In this document: positions 1 through 9,174 of the stretch, piece by piece | Layout: every line of letters starts with the position of its first letter | Position numbering within the stretch: position 1 is the stretch's first letter | From: Candidatus Sericytochromatia bacterium | GTDB taxonomy: Bacteria > Cyanobacteriota > Sericytochromatia > S15B-MN24 > JAQBPE01 | Length of the DNA: 48,290 bases | Direction of reading: 5' to 3' | Assembly: GCA_035285125.1 (NCBI GenBank) | Contig: JAYKHR010000056.1 | Coordinates: 1-48,290 of the forward strand | The notes under the pieces: generated by a model | What the model was told of the DNA's origin: nothing | Seen by the model: only the letters and a program-made list of their open reading frames with translations | Databases searched by the model: none | Position numbers and translations under genes: made by a program

Positions 1-3000
1 GCCAGGTCCGGGGCGGCGCCGGCGGAGCTGGAGACGGACGTCACCCGAAAGGTCGAGGATGCCGTCGTGGGCCTCAACGGCCTGGAGCACGTGCGTTCCA
101 CCGTCGTCGAGGGCGCCAGCACCACGATCCTCGAGTTCGTCGTCGGCACCGACACCCAGGGGGCGCTCAACGACACGCGGGACGCCATCAGCCGCATCCG
201 GCAGCAGCTGCCGGCGGACGTCAACGACCCCGTGGTCAGCCGCGTCAACGGCTCGGGGGATGCCTTCATCTCCTACACCGTCGGGAGCGATCGCCGCACG
301 ATGAGCCAGCTCTCGCGCCTCGTCGACGAGGACCTCACGCGCACGCTGCTCGCCGTGCCGGGCGTCGCCGAGGTGAACCGGGACGGAGGCCTCACGCGCG
401 AGGTGCGCGTGCGGCTGTCGCCCGCCAAGCTGCAGGCGCTGGGCACCACGGTGGAGCTCGTCACGGGGCAGCTGCGGTCGCTCAACCTCAACCTGCCCGG
501 CGGCAAGAGCACGATGCAAGGGGGGGAGATCGGCATCCGCACCCTCGGCTCCGCGCGCACGGTGGAGGACCTCCGGGCCCTGCGCATCCCGCTGCCGAGC
601 GGCAGCGCCGTGCGGCTCGACGAGCTGGGGGCCGTGGAAGGCGGCCACGCGGACGTCACGACGGTCGCCAGGCTCGATGGCAAGCCGGTCGTGGGCTTCT
701 CCGTCGTGCGGGCCCAGGGGGCGCCCCTGGTCCAGACGGAGGAGGGCGTGCGGGAGGCCATCGACCGCTTCAAGGCCACCGCGCCGGCGGACCTCCGCAT
801 CGACATGGTGCGCACGCAGGCCACCTTCACGCGCGCCGCGTTCCGCGCCTCGATCGACGCCCTGCTGCTGGGGGCGGCGCTGGCCGTCGTCGTGATCTAT
901 GCCTTCCTTCGGAACTGGCAGTCCACGCTCATCTCGGGGCTCGCGATCCCCCTTTCGGTGCTCCCGACCTTCTGGGTGATGCAGCTGATGGGCTACTCGC
1001 TCAACGGCATGACGACGCTCGCGCTGACGCTCGTGGTGGGCATCCTGGTGGACGACGCGATCGTCGACCTCGAGAACATCCATCGCCACATCGACATGGG
1101 CAAGCCGGCCTGGCAGGCCGCGTTCGAGGCCACGCAGGAGATCGGCCTCGCCGTGATGGCGACGACCATGACGATCGTCGTCGTGTTCGTGCCCGTGGCC
1201 TTCATGGGCGGCATCGCGGGGATGTTCTTCAAGTCGTTCGGCCTGACGGTCGCGGTGGCCGTGCTGTTCTCGCTCCTGGTTGCCCGCACGCTGACGCCGC
1301 TGCTCGCGGCCTACATGCTGCCGGAGCACCAGGCGGGCCAGCCCGTGGCCCGGGAGCCCGGCTACCAGCGCCTCTACCTGCGGCAGCTGGCCTGGGGGCT
1401 GCGCCACCGCTGGGCGGTGCTGCTGGCTGCCGCCGGCATCTTCGCCGTCTCCCTCGGGCTGATTCCCATGATCCCCAAGGGCTTCGTGAGCAACGGCGAT
1501 CAGGGTGAGGCTCTGGTCTCCGTCGAGCTGCCAACCGGGGCGGGCGTGGAGGACACGGACCGGGTGTGCCAGGCCGTCACGGCGGTACTCAGGGCGCAGC
1601 CCGAGGTCGTCAGCGTGTTCTCGAAGGCGGGCACGACCAACGGCTCCTCGATGAGCGCGGCCCAGGGGCAGGCAGGCGGCGTGAACCGCGGGCAGCTGTT
1701 CGTGACCCTGGTGCCCCGCCACGACCGGGCGATCGGGATCGCTGACTGGGTCAAGCGAGTGGGCCCCGAGCTGCGCCGCATCCCCGGGGCGCGCGTCGCC
1801 ATCAACCTGCCCGGCGCGGCGGGCGGTGGCGCCACCAAGAACGTGAACTTCATCCTGCGCGGCAGCGACGGCGCGGCCCTCGACCGCGCGTCGGCCGCGG
1901 TGCTCGCCAACATGCGGGCGATGCCCCAGCTGCGGGACGTGGCGAGCTCGGCTGCCGAGCTGCGCCCCGAGATCCACATCCGACCGGACTTCGCCCGGGC
2001 CGCAGAGCAGGGTGTTTCGGTGCAGGCCATCGGGCGGGCGGCGCGGATGGGCACGCAGGGAGACATCGAGGTCAACCTGCCCAAGTTCAACGCCGGCGAC
2101 GAGCAGCTGAACATCCGCGTCGAGCTCGACAACGCCGTCCGGCAGGACCTCGCGGCGATCGGCAACCTGATGGTGGCCGGGCGTGCCGGCATGGTGCCGC
2201 TGCGCGCCGTGGCGGACATCGAGATGGGCACGGGCCCCGTGCAGATCAACCGCTACGACCGCGCCCGGCAGGTCACGCTCGGCGCGAACCTGTCGCCTGG
2301 CTCGAGCCTCGGCGAGGTGATGGCCAAGATCAAGGCGCTGCCCTCCGTGAAGAACCTTCCGCCCGGCATCGAGCAGGGCTCGCTCGGCGAGGCGAAGATC
2401 ATGGCCGAGATCTTCGCGGGCTTCGGCCGGGCCCTCGGCACCGGCATCCTGCTCATCTACATCGTGCTGGTGCTGCTCTTCAAGGGCTTCCTGCAGCCGG
2501 CGACGATCATGGGCGCGCTGCCGCTTGCCATCGGTGGGGCGCTCGGGGGGCTGCTCATCGGCGGCAAGGAGCTCGGCATGATGAGCTTGATCGGCATCAT
2601 CATGCTGATGGGCCTCGTGACGAAGAACTCCATCTTGCTTGTCGAGTACGCGCTCCAGGCGCGCGAGGCCGGGATGCCGCGCGACGAGGCCCTGCTCAAG
2701 GCCGGCCGTGATCGGCTCCGGCCGATCCTGATGACGACCATTGCGATGATCGCCGGGATGCTGCCGATCGCGTTCTCCCTGGGGGAGGGCACGGAGCGCC
2801 TCAGCCCGTTGGCGATGGCCGTCGTGGGAGGCCTCGTGACCTCCACGCTGCTCACGCTGCTGGTGATCCCGGTGGCCTACACCGTCATCGACGACGTGGG
2901 AAGCTGGCTTGGCAGGCGCCTCGGGGGGATGCTCGCCAGGCGGGAGGCCCCGACTCAGGTGGCCTCGCCCGGCGCGGCCGCGCCGCTCGGCGTCCCACAC

Positions 3001-3009
3001 GAGCCCTGA
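1..3009 (+). CDS. RND (AcrB/AcrD/AcrF family) efflux permease, 5' end outside window
   Basis: Frame is open from base 1. GILVDDAIVDLEN, KNSILLVE and RLRPILMTT motifs, many TM segments. Confidence 0.95.
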   Translation, partial: ARSGAAPAELETDVTRKVEDAVVGLNGLEHVRSTVVEGASTTILEFVVGTDTQGALNDTRDAISRIRQQLPADVNDPVVSRVNGSGDAFISYTVGSDRRTMSQLSRLVDEDLTRTLLAVPGVAEVNRDGGLTREVRVRLSPAKLQALGTTVELVTGQLRSLNLNLPGGKSTMQGGEIGIRTLGSARTVEDLRALRIPLPSGSAVRLDELGAVEGGHADVTTVARLDGKPVVGFSVVRAQGAPLVQTEEGVREAIDRFKATAPADLRIDMVRTQATFTRAAFRASIDALLLGAALAVVVIYAFLRNWQSTLISGLAIPLSVLPTFWVMQLMGYSLNGMTTLALTLVVGILVDDAIVDLENIHRHIDMGKPAWQAAFEATQEIGLAVMATTMTIVVVFVPVAFMGGIAGMFFKSFGLTVAVAVLFSLLVARTLTPLLAAYMLPEHQAGQPVAREPGYQRLYLRQLAWGLRHRWAVLLAAAGIFAVSLGLIPMIPKGFVSNGDQGEALVSVELPTGAGVEDTDRVCQAVTAVLRAQPEVVSVFSKAGTTNGSSMSAAQGQAGGVNRGQLFVTLVPRHDRAIGIADWVKRVGPELRRIPGARVAINLPGAAGGGATKNVNFILRGSDGAALDRASAAVLANMRAMPQLRDVASSAAELRPEIHIRPDFARAAEQGVSVQAIGRAARMGTQGDIEVNLPKFNAGDEQLNIRVELDNAVRQDLAAIGNLMVAGRAGMVPLRAVADIEMGTGPVQINRYDRARQVTLGANLSPGSSLGEVMAKIKALPSVKNLPPGIEQGSLGEAKIMAEIFAGFGRALGTGILLIYIVLVLLFKGFLQPATIMGALPLAIGGALGGLLIGGKELGMMSLIGIIMLMGLVTKNSILLVEYALQAREAGMPRDEALLKAGRDRLRPILMTTIAMIAGMLPIAFSLGEGTERLSPLAMAVVGGLVTSTLLTLLVIPVAYTVIDDVGSWLGRRLGGMLARREAPTQVASPGAAAPLGVPHEP

Positions 3010-3169
3010 CGGCGCTCGGGCCTGAGCAAGCCAGGCCCCGTGGAACTTCCCTGGCCACCTCGCCAACCGCCGGGGGGGCCAGGGCCCGTTAGCGTGGGGG
3101 CGATCGCAGCAGCGCGCGTGGCGTGAGCCCTTCCAGCCATCGTCGGCCATCTCCCGGAAGGAGCTTGCG

Positions 3170-4441
3170 ATGCGATGGATACGCCCTGTTGGCGGGGGGA
3201 TTGCCCTCGCGCTCGCCGTCGCGGCCTGCAGCGGCCCCGGGCGTCCGGGGACGCCGGTGGTCCCGGGCAAGGCCTTTTTTGTCGACAAGGAGAACCTCGT
3301 CGACGGCGAGCTGTACCCCGGCGGCTACAATCCGGCTGCGCCGCCGTACAGGCTCTCGGCCGTGGGCGTGCTGCCTCTCTCGGGCGCCGCCGCAGACACC
3401 AGCCTGTACGCCCCCGCGCGGGCGATCGATGGGAATGCCTCGACGCAGTGGGCCCACGGCGGGTACAGGGCGGTGAGGGGCTGGTGGAGCGCCACGCTTT
3501 CGGCCCCCACCAGCGTGACCTCGCTGCGTGTGAAGTCGGGCCCGCTGCGAGGGGCCGCGACCTATGACATCGAGCTGCGCGTGGATGGCGCCTGGGTGGT
3601 GGCCGCGGCGGGGCAGCGCAACACGAGCTGGAGCCTGGAGACGAAGTCGTTCCCGGCCCGCCGGGCGGATGCCGTGCGGCTGGTCTTCCGGAACGACGAT
3701 GCCCGCACGCACCCGCGCTTCACGCTCTTCGAGGTGCAGGCGCTCGGCGAGATGGGCGGGGGTGGCGCGAGCCCCACCCCCGTGCCCTCGCCGACAGTGA
3801 TGACGCCCGACGAGGCGCTGCGCTATGCCCCAGACGTGCGGGCGGTGGCGCCGCGTCGCCCCATCCTTGTCTCGTCCAACGGCCGCTGGCTGCTACGCTT
3901 CGACAACCTGATCCCGAACGTCGGCCAGGGGCCCTTCCAGGTCCGGGCCTACAACCAGGACGGCGTCACGCGCGCCTACCAGGAGATCCTCGATCCCACG
4001 GGGCGCGTGGTGGCCACCAAGTACATTGGCGCCTTCGAGTTCCACCCGAGCCACAACCATTTCCACCTGGCGGACGTCGCGCTCTACCAGCTGCGCGCGA
4101 GCAGCCCCACGGGCACGCTGATGCGACAGGGCTACAAGGTGTCGTTCTGCCTGCTCGACAGCCAGCGCTACCTGGCCGACGCGCCCCCGAGCCGCTATGG
4201 GGGGTGCAACCAGGCCATGCAGGGGATCCAGCGCGGGTGGGCCGACCTCTACGATCGCACGCTCTCAGGTCAGGAGTTCGACGTCACCGGGTACCCCCCC
4301 GGCTACTACTACATCGTGTCCCTGACGGACCCCACGAACAAGTTTGTCGACCCCGATCGCAGCAACGAGGTGAGCTGGCTGCAGCTTTACCTCAACGTCG
4401 CGGCCCGCACCATGCGCGTCGTCTCGGCCTCCAGCCCCTGA
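3170..4441 (+). CDS. Lipoprotein with discoidin/F5-8 type C-like domain and C-terminal lysyl oxidase-like domain
   Basis: AAGGAG RBS, lipobox-like AVAAC, RAIDGNASTQW discoidin motif. LOX motifs HPSHNHFH, GYKVSFCLLDS and QGIQRGWADLY. Confidence 0.8.
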   Translation: MRWIRPVGGGIALALAVAACSGPGRPGTPVVPGKAFFVDKENLVDGELYPGGYNPAAPPYRLSAVGVLPLSGAAADTSLYAPARAIDGNASTQWAHGGYRAVRGWWSATLSAPTSVTSLRVKSGPLRGAATYDIELRVDGAWVVAAAGQRNTSWSLETKSFPARRADAVRLVFRNDDARTHPRFTLFEVQALGEMGGGGASPTPVPSPTVMTPDEALRYAPDVRAVAPRRPILVSSNGRWLLRFDNLIPNVGQGPFQVRAYNQDGVTRAYQEILDPTGRVVATKYIGAFEFHPSHNHFHLADVALYQLRASSPTGTLMRQGYKVSFCLLDSQRYLADAPPSRYGGCNQAMQGIQRGWADLYDRTLSGQEFDVTGYPPGYYYIVSLTDPTNKFVDPDRSNEVSWLQLYLNVAARTMRVVSASSP

Positions 4442-4485
4442 GGCACGGACGGGGGGGCCTTGCCCGGAACCTTCAACCAAATTTA

Positions 4486-4501
4486 TCAGTTCATTAACTG
4501 A
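4486..4501. promoter_or_regulatory. Palindromic operator candidate TCAGTT-N4-AACTGA
   Basis: Perfect 6-bp inverted repeat in an AT-rich intergenic patch upstream of 4561. Confidence 0.35.
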
Positions 4502-4560
4502 GTTTGGCGCACCTCGGGCGATAAGGATCGCGTGTGTCCCGCGTCCAGGGTGAGCAAGCC

Positions 4561-4950
4561 ATGACCCCGATCACGTCCAACAGCATCCGGCCCGTCGGCG
4601 GCTCGTACGGGTATCCGAGCTACGGCTACCCCAGCTACGGGTACCAGCAGCCCAACCCGATCTCGCAGACCATCGACCAGTTCACGCGCAGCCTCCAGGA
4701 CTCGATGAACGACACGCAGCGCTCGTTCCGCCGCATGCAGCGGGCCTGGAACGGCGAGCCCGAGTACTCCGTGGGGCGGCTCGCCTCCTGGGGCGGCGGC
4801 GCCGCGTTGCTGTGGTCCGTCATCGACTCCAACCTGCGCAGCCGGCCCGAGGGCCTCGTCGCCCTCGCCGTCCTCGGCGTCGGCGCCTGGGCCGGCAACT
4901 GCGCCTACGACTGGTTTATGGACAGGTACGGCCAGCACTTCGGCTACTAG
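4561..4950 (+). CDS. Hypothetical membrane protein with N-terminal YGYPS repeats
   Basis: GC3-biased ORF, YGYPS-YGYPS-YGY, two C-terminal hydrophobic segments. Confidence 0.7.
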   Translation: MTPITSNSIRPVGGSYGYPSYGYPSYGYQQPNPISQTIDQFTRSLQDSMNDTQRSFRRMQRAWNGEPEYSVGRLASWGGGAALLWSVIDSNLRSRPEGLVALAVLGVGAWAGNCAYDWFMDRYGQHFGY

Positions 4951-4966
4951 GCGCGAGGCCGGGGCC

Positions 4967-5827
4967 TTAGCGCCCGGCCTCGGGAGGGGCCCAGAAGAGG
5001 CGTGGTGAGAAGCGGAAGCCGGCGCTGGCCGAGGCGAACTGGGCCCAATTGACGATCTCGCGGTTGGGGACGGTGGCGCCGCCGGCCAGGTAGCGCAGCC
5101 TCAGCGTGCCGTCGAGGCCCCGCACCAGGGGCACACCAAGCGTCAGGGCGGTGTCAAACACGCCGCCCGTCACGGTGCCCACGCCCGGCAACGTGCCGCC
5201 GGCGTCCACGTCGTAAAGGGCGTAGGCGCCCTGGCCGGGGTCGTAGCGCAGCCTGGCCCGCAGCGCCGGAACCGGGCCGATGTCGCGCTCTGCCGTGAAG
5301 CGGGTGCCGTCGGTCTGGGTGAACGAGACCTCGGCGTTGCGGACGCCGAGCGTCGCCCCGAGGTCCACCGTGAGGCCGCCTGCCTGCAGGGTGCGGTGGA
5401 GGTACGTGGCCCGAATGCCGTCGAACAGGTAGCGGTGGTCGACGACGGCGCCGGCGGGGAAGGTCTGGTCGCGGAAGGTCAGCGGGGCACCCAGCGTGAC
5501 GCGGGTCGTCACGTCCAGGGGGGCGTACAGGAAGATGATGGTGTGGCGCTCCAGCACGCGGGCCTCGAGCGACACGCGCTGGGCCCCGTAGAGGTTCCGA
5601 TCCAGCGCCACCGTGCGGTGGGTGTAGGCCGTGGCCCTGTCCCGGGGCCCGTAGGCCTGGTCGTTCTGGAAGAAGGCCACCGCGCCCCCCTCGTAGTCGA
5701 GCGTGAGGTCGCTCAGCATCGAGGCTGGCAGCGACGCCACCAGGGAGGGTGGGGCCGGGGGCGCCGCCCACGCGGGGGAGGCCCAGAGGGCGGCGGACAG
5801 GGCCAGCGGGGTGCGGGTATGCTTCAT
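4967..5827 (-). CDS. Secreted hypothetical protein, probable outer-membrane beta-barrel
   Basis: GAGGAGG RBS, signal peptide ending PAWA, amphipathic beta-strand pattern ending SAGFRF. Confidence 0.65.
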   Translation of the reverse strand: MKHTRTPLALSAALWASPAWAAPPAPPSLVASLPASMLSDLTLDYEGGAVAFFQNDQAYGPRDRATAYTHRTVALDRNLYGAQRVSLEARVLERHTIIFLYAPLDVTTRVTLGAPLTFRDQTFPAGAVVDHRYLFDGIRATYLHRTLQAGGLTVDLGATLGVRNAEVSFTQTDGTRFTAERDIGPVPALRARLRYDPGQGAYALYDVDAGGTLPGVGTVTGGVFDTALTLGVPLVRGLDGTLRLRYLAGGATVPNREIVNWAQFASASAGFRFSPRLFWAPPEAGR

Positions 5828-5901
5828 CGGGGGCCTCCTCGGGTGTGGAAGGCCCTCAGTATGACGCGCCCGGGGCCCGGGTGGAAGCGGGGTTGAAAAC
5901 G

Positions 5902-6540
5902 ATGCGGACGTTGGCATTGGTGGGAGCCACGGGGCGGCTGGGGGGCCACGTGCTCGCGGAGGCGCTGCAGCGCGGGGGCTGGCACGTGAAGGCCCTGGCG
6001 CGCGAGCCGGGCCGGCTGGCGGCCCACGAAGGGCTCACGGTCGTGGCTGGCGATGTGCGGGATGCTGAGGCCTTGGCCGCGTTGGCGGCGGGGGCGGACG
6101 CCGTCATCAGTTGCCTGGGGGCTCGGCGGGGGGCCGGCCCTGAGGAGGTGCTGCCTGAGGGCATGGCGACGCTGGTGCAGGCCCTAGCCGGGGCGCCGGC
6201 GCACCTCGTGGTCGTCGCCGTGGCCGGCCTGCTCGACGCGCCGGAGGGCGGCCTCCGGCGGGACGCGGCCTGGTACCCGGCCCCCTTCCGCGAGGGCTCC
6301 GGGCAGCACCTGCGCGCCTGGCAGGTGCTGCAGGCGAGCGGGCTGCCGCACACCCTGGTCTGCCCGCCGGATCTGGTCGAGGGCGATCGCCACCAGCCCC
6401 TGCAGGTGCTGCGGGACATGCTGCCTCCCGGCCCCAAGCGCGTCTCGATGCCCGCGCTGGCCGCGTGGATGCTGGACGAGGTCGCCCAGCCCGCCCATGC
6501 AGGTCATCGCGTCGGCATCAGCAACGTGCCGGAGGCCTGA
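5902..6540 (+). CDS. NAD(P)H-binding protein (atypical SDR / flavin reductase-like)
   Basis: N-terminal GATGRLG Rossmann motif, GDV and DAVISCLG motifs. Confidence 0.85.
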   Translation: MRTLALVGATGRLGGHVLAEALQRGGWHVKALAREPGRLAAHEGLTVVAGDVRDAEALAALAAGADAVISCLGARRGAGPEEVLPEGMATLVQALAGAPAHLVVVAVAGLLDAPEGGLRRDAAWYPAPFREGSGQHLRAWQVLQASGLPHTLVCPPDLVEGDRHQPLQVLRDMLPPGPKRVSMPALAAWMLDEVAQPAHAGHRVGISNVPEA

Positions 6541-6549
6541 TCAGGCGGC

Positions 6550-7290
6550 TCAGCGCAGGAGCCGGCCCGCCGACATCCCGCCGTCGAGCGGCAGCACGCA
6601 CCCCGTCACGTTGGGGGCGCCGAGCAGGAAGCCGATCGCCTCGGCGGCCTCCTCGGGCTCCCCGAGGCGCCCGAGGGGGTGCACCCCGAGCGAGGCCTCC
6701 AGCGCCCGCGCGTTCCCGGTGATGCCCGCCGCCAGCGGCGTGCGCGTGAGCCCGGGGGCGATCGCGTTGAAGCGCACGCCGCTGGCCGCGTAGGTCATCG
6801 ACGCTGACCTGATCAGGCCCTCCAGGGCGGCCTTGGCCGCGGCGATCGCCTCGTGGTTCGGCAGCCCCGTGCCCGCGGCGACCGAGGAGCAGACCACGAC
6901 GGCACCCGAGCGGGCCTGGCTCATGGGGCCCACGGCGGCTTTCATCGTGTGGAAGGCCGAGAGCGTGTTGATCCGGAAGGCGGCCAGCATGTCGTCCTCC
7001 GTCAGGCGGGCCAGGGGCTTGAGCACGATGCTGCCGACGGCGTGCACCACGAAGTCGAGCCGGCCGTGGGCCGCCAGCACCGCGTCCACGGCGCGCTGGG
7101 CGGTCGCGGCCTCCTGCGCGTCGCCGGGCAGCGCCAGGGCGCCCAGCTCTGCCGCCAGCGCCGCGAGCGGCTCCTCCCGGCGGGCCACGAGCCCCAGCTT
7201 CGCCCCCCGGGCGGCCAGCCAGCGGGCCGTCGCCGCGCCGATCCCGCCCGTAGCTCCCACTACCACGCCTGCGCGTCCCTCGAAGCCCAT
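6550..7290 (-). CDS. Short-chain dehydrogenase/reductase
   Basis: GATGGIG, SSVAA, NAIAPG, HPLGRLG, DGG. Catalytic YxxxK reads IAAAK. GAGGA RBS. Confidence 0.9.
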   Translation of the reverse strand: MGFEGRAGVVVGATGGIGAATARWLAARGAKLGLVARREEPLAALAAELGALALPGDAQEAATAQRAVDAVLAAHGRLDFVVHAVGSIVLKPLARLTEDDMLAAFRINTLSAFHTMKAAVGPMSQARSGAVVVCSSVAAGTGLPNHEAIAAAKAALEGLIRSASMTYAASGVRFNAIAPGLTRTPLAAGITGNARALEASLGVHPLGRLGEPEEAAEAIGFLLGAPNVTGCVLPLDGGMSAGRLLR

Positions 7291-7329
7291 GGCTTCCTCC
7301 TCTCGACGTCTCAGGGCCGACCCCATGGC

Positions 7330-7386
7330 CTGTCCCGATCTTGTGCAGAAAAAATACTGGACAAAAACTGGGCGCTTGTCTATACT
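7330..7386 (+). promoter_or_regulatory. Photolyase promoter (TGGACA-N17-TATACT) overlapped by putative CarH operator
   Basis: -35 at 7358-7363, -10 at 7381-7386. Gapless match to motif at 11386-11420. Confidence 0.65.
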
Positions 7387-7462
7387 CAGTTTCGGATCCC
7401 ACCTGCAAGGTGACGCGGAGCAAGCCTCGGGGCTAGCTCCGCGTCACCCTTTTTGGGGGTTG

Positions 7463-9118
7463 GTGCGCGTGCAACAATTTTTGGCCGAGCTCGCCGCGCG
7501 GGCCGTGGAGCCCGCCGGCCGCACCTGGGTGTTCGTCCCCGAGGACCAGCTGACGGACGCCCTGGGTCCCCTAGCCCGGCTTCCGGCCGAGGCCGTCGGC
7601 GTCGTCCTGGTCGAGAGCCTCTGGAAGGCGAGGCTCCGGCCCTACCACCGGCAGCGCATCGCCCTCGGCTGGGCCAACCAGCGGCACTTCGCCTTGGAGC
7701 AGGCAGCCCGGGGCGTGGCCGTGCGGTGGCTGCGCGCCGAGGTCCCGTTCCGGGAGGTGCTCGCGCCCCTGGCCGCAGAACTCGGGCCGCTGCGCGTCAT
7801 GGTGCCGGCAGAGCGCGAGCTCCGCGTGGATCTTGCGCCGCTCGTCGAGGCCGGAGCGCTCCTGCTGGAGACCCACGGCGGCTGGCTGACGACGCGCGAG
7901 CAGTTCGAGGCCGCGTGCCCTTCCCCGCCTTACAAGATGGACGCCTTCTACCGACACGTGCGCCGGGAGACCGGCTTGATGATGGAGGACGGCCGGCCCG
8001 AGGGTGGGCGCTTCAGCTTCGACACCGAGAACCGGCGGCCTTGGGTTGGGGAGCCCACTGCCCCGCCGGAGCCGGCCTTCCCCGTCGATGCGATCAAGGC
8101 GGAGGTGCTGGCGGACGTGCAGGCGGCGCTGCCCCACCACCCGGGCCGCCTCGATCCCGGCGCCCTGCCCGCCACACAGGCCGACGCCGAGGCGCTGTGG
8201 CGCTTCGCGCGCGTCGAGTGCCTGCCCCACTTCGGGCCCTACGAGGACGCGATGAGCCGCCACTCCCGGGGCTTGTTCCACACGCGCATCTCGGCCCTGC
8301 TCAACATGCACCGGCTGCTGCCGGCCCGCGTGGTCGCGGAGGTCGCCGGCGATGCCTCCGTGCCGCTGCCGAGCCGGGAGGGCTTCGTGCGGCAGGTGCT
8401 CGGCTGGCGCGAGTACGTGCGCCACGTCCACGCGGCCTCCGACGGCTTCCGTGCGCTCGCGCCCGCCGCGGCCCGGCCGGGCGATGCCGGCTGGGCTGCG
8501 GTGGCGGGGCACCACGCCGGGCAGGAGCCCCCTGCCTGGCTGGACGGGGGGGCGGCGCCGACCCCTGGCCACGCCCCGCTGCCGCCGGCCTTCTGGGGCA
8601 AGCCTTCGGGGCTCGCGTGCCTCGACCACGTCGTGGCGGACGTCTGGGAGACGGCCTACGGGCACCACATCACCCGGCTGATGGTGCTCTCCAACGTGGC
8701 GGCATTGCTAGATCTCGATGCCAGGGACGTGGCCGACTGGTTCTGGTGTGCCTACGCGGACGCCTGGGACTGGGTCGTGGAGCCGAACGTGCTCGGGATG
8801 GGGCTGTTCGCGCTGGGGGAGCACATGACCACGAAGCCCTACGTCTCGGGGGCCCCCTACGTGTCGCGGATGAGCGACTACTGCGCGGCGTGCGCCTTCG
8901 ACCCCAAGCGCGACTGCCCGCTCACGCGGCTGTACTGGGCGTACATGGACCGCCACGTCGAGCGCCTCGCCAAGGCGGCCCGCATCGGCCCGGTGCTGGG
9001 CACCGTCCGCAAGCGCACGGCCGAGGCCCGCGCGGCTGACCACGAGGTGTTCGCCGCCGTGCGAGCCACGCTGGCGGCGGGCGAGGCCTGCCGGCCCGCG
9101 CAGCGCTTGCCGCTGTGA
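7463..9118 (+). CDS. Cryptochrome/photolyase, FeS-BCP ((6-4) photolyase-like) class
   Basis: FDTENR, EGFVRQVLGWREY, HHITRLMV, WVVEPNVLGM, KPY. Four FeS Cys (LAC and DYCAAC...DCP). Start 7463 or 7469. Confidence 0.9.
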   Translation: MRVQQFLAELAARAVEPAGRTWVFVPEDQLTDALGPLARLPAEAVGVVLVESLWKARLRPYHRQRIALGWANQRHFALEQAARGVAVRWLRAEVPFREVLAPLAAELGPLRVMVPAERELRVDLAPLVEAGALLLETHGGWLTTREQFEAACPSPPYKMDAFYRHVRRETGLMMEDGRPEGGRFSFDTENRRPWVGEPTAPPEPAFPVDAIKAEVLADVQAALPHHPGRLDPGALPATQADAEALWRFARVECLPHFGPYEDAMSRHSRGLFHTRISALLNMHRLLPARVVAEVAGDASVPLPSREGFVRQVLGWREYVRHVHAASDGFRALAPAAARPGDAGWAAVAGHHAGQEPPAWLDGGAAPTPGHAPLPPAFWGKPSGLACLDHVVADVWETAYGHHITRLMVLSNVAALLDLDARDVADWFWCAYADAWDWVVEPNVLGMGLFALGEHMTTKPYVSGAPYVSRMSDYCAACAFDPKRDCPLTRLYWAYMDRHVERLAKAARIGPVLGTVRKRTAEARAADHEVFAAVRATLAAGEACRPAQRLPL

Positions 9119-9174
9119 GCCGGCCGGCGCATCATGGCCCCGCGCCAGGCTGAGGGCGCCGGAAGGAGCGGCAG

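Noticed and set aside
6833..7462. 761-aa version of the photolyase ORF
   Set aside because: The extension is the antisense of the SDR gene plus the promoter region. Photolyase-like sequence begins near 7463.
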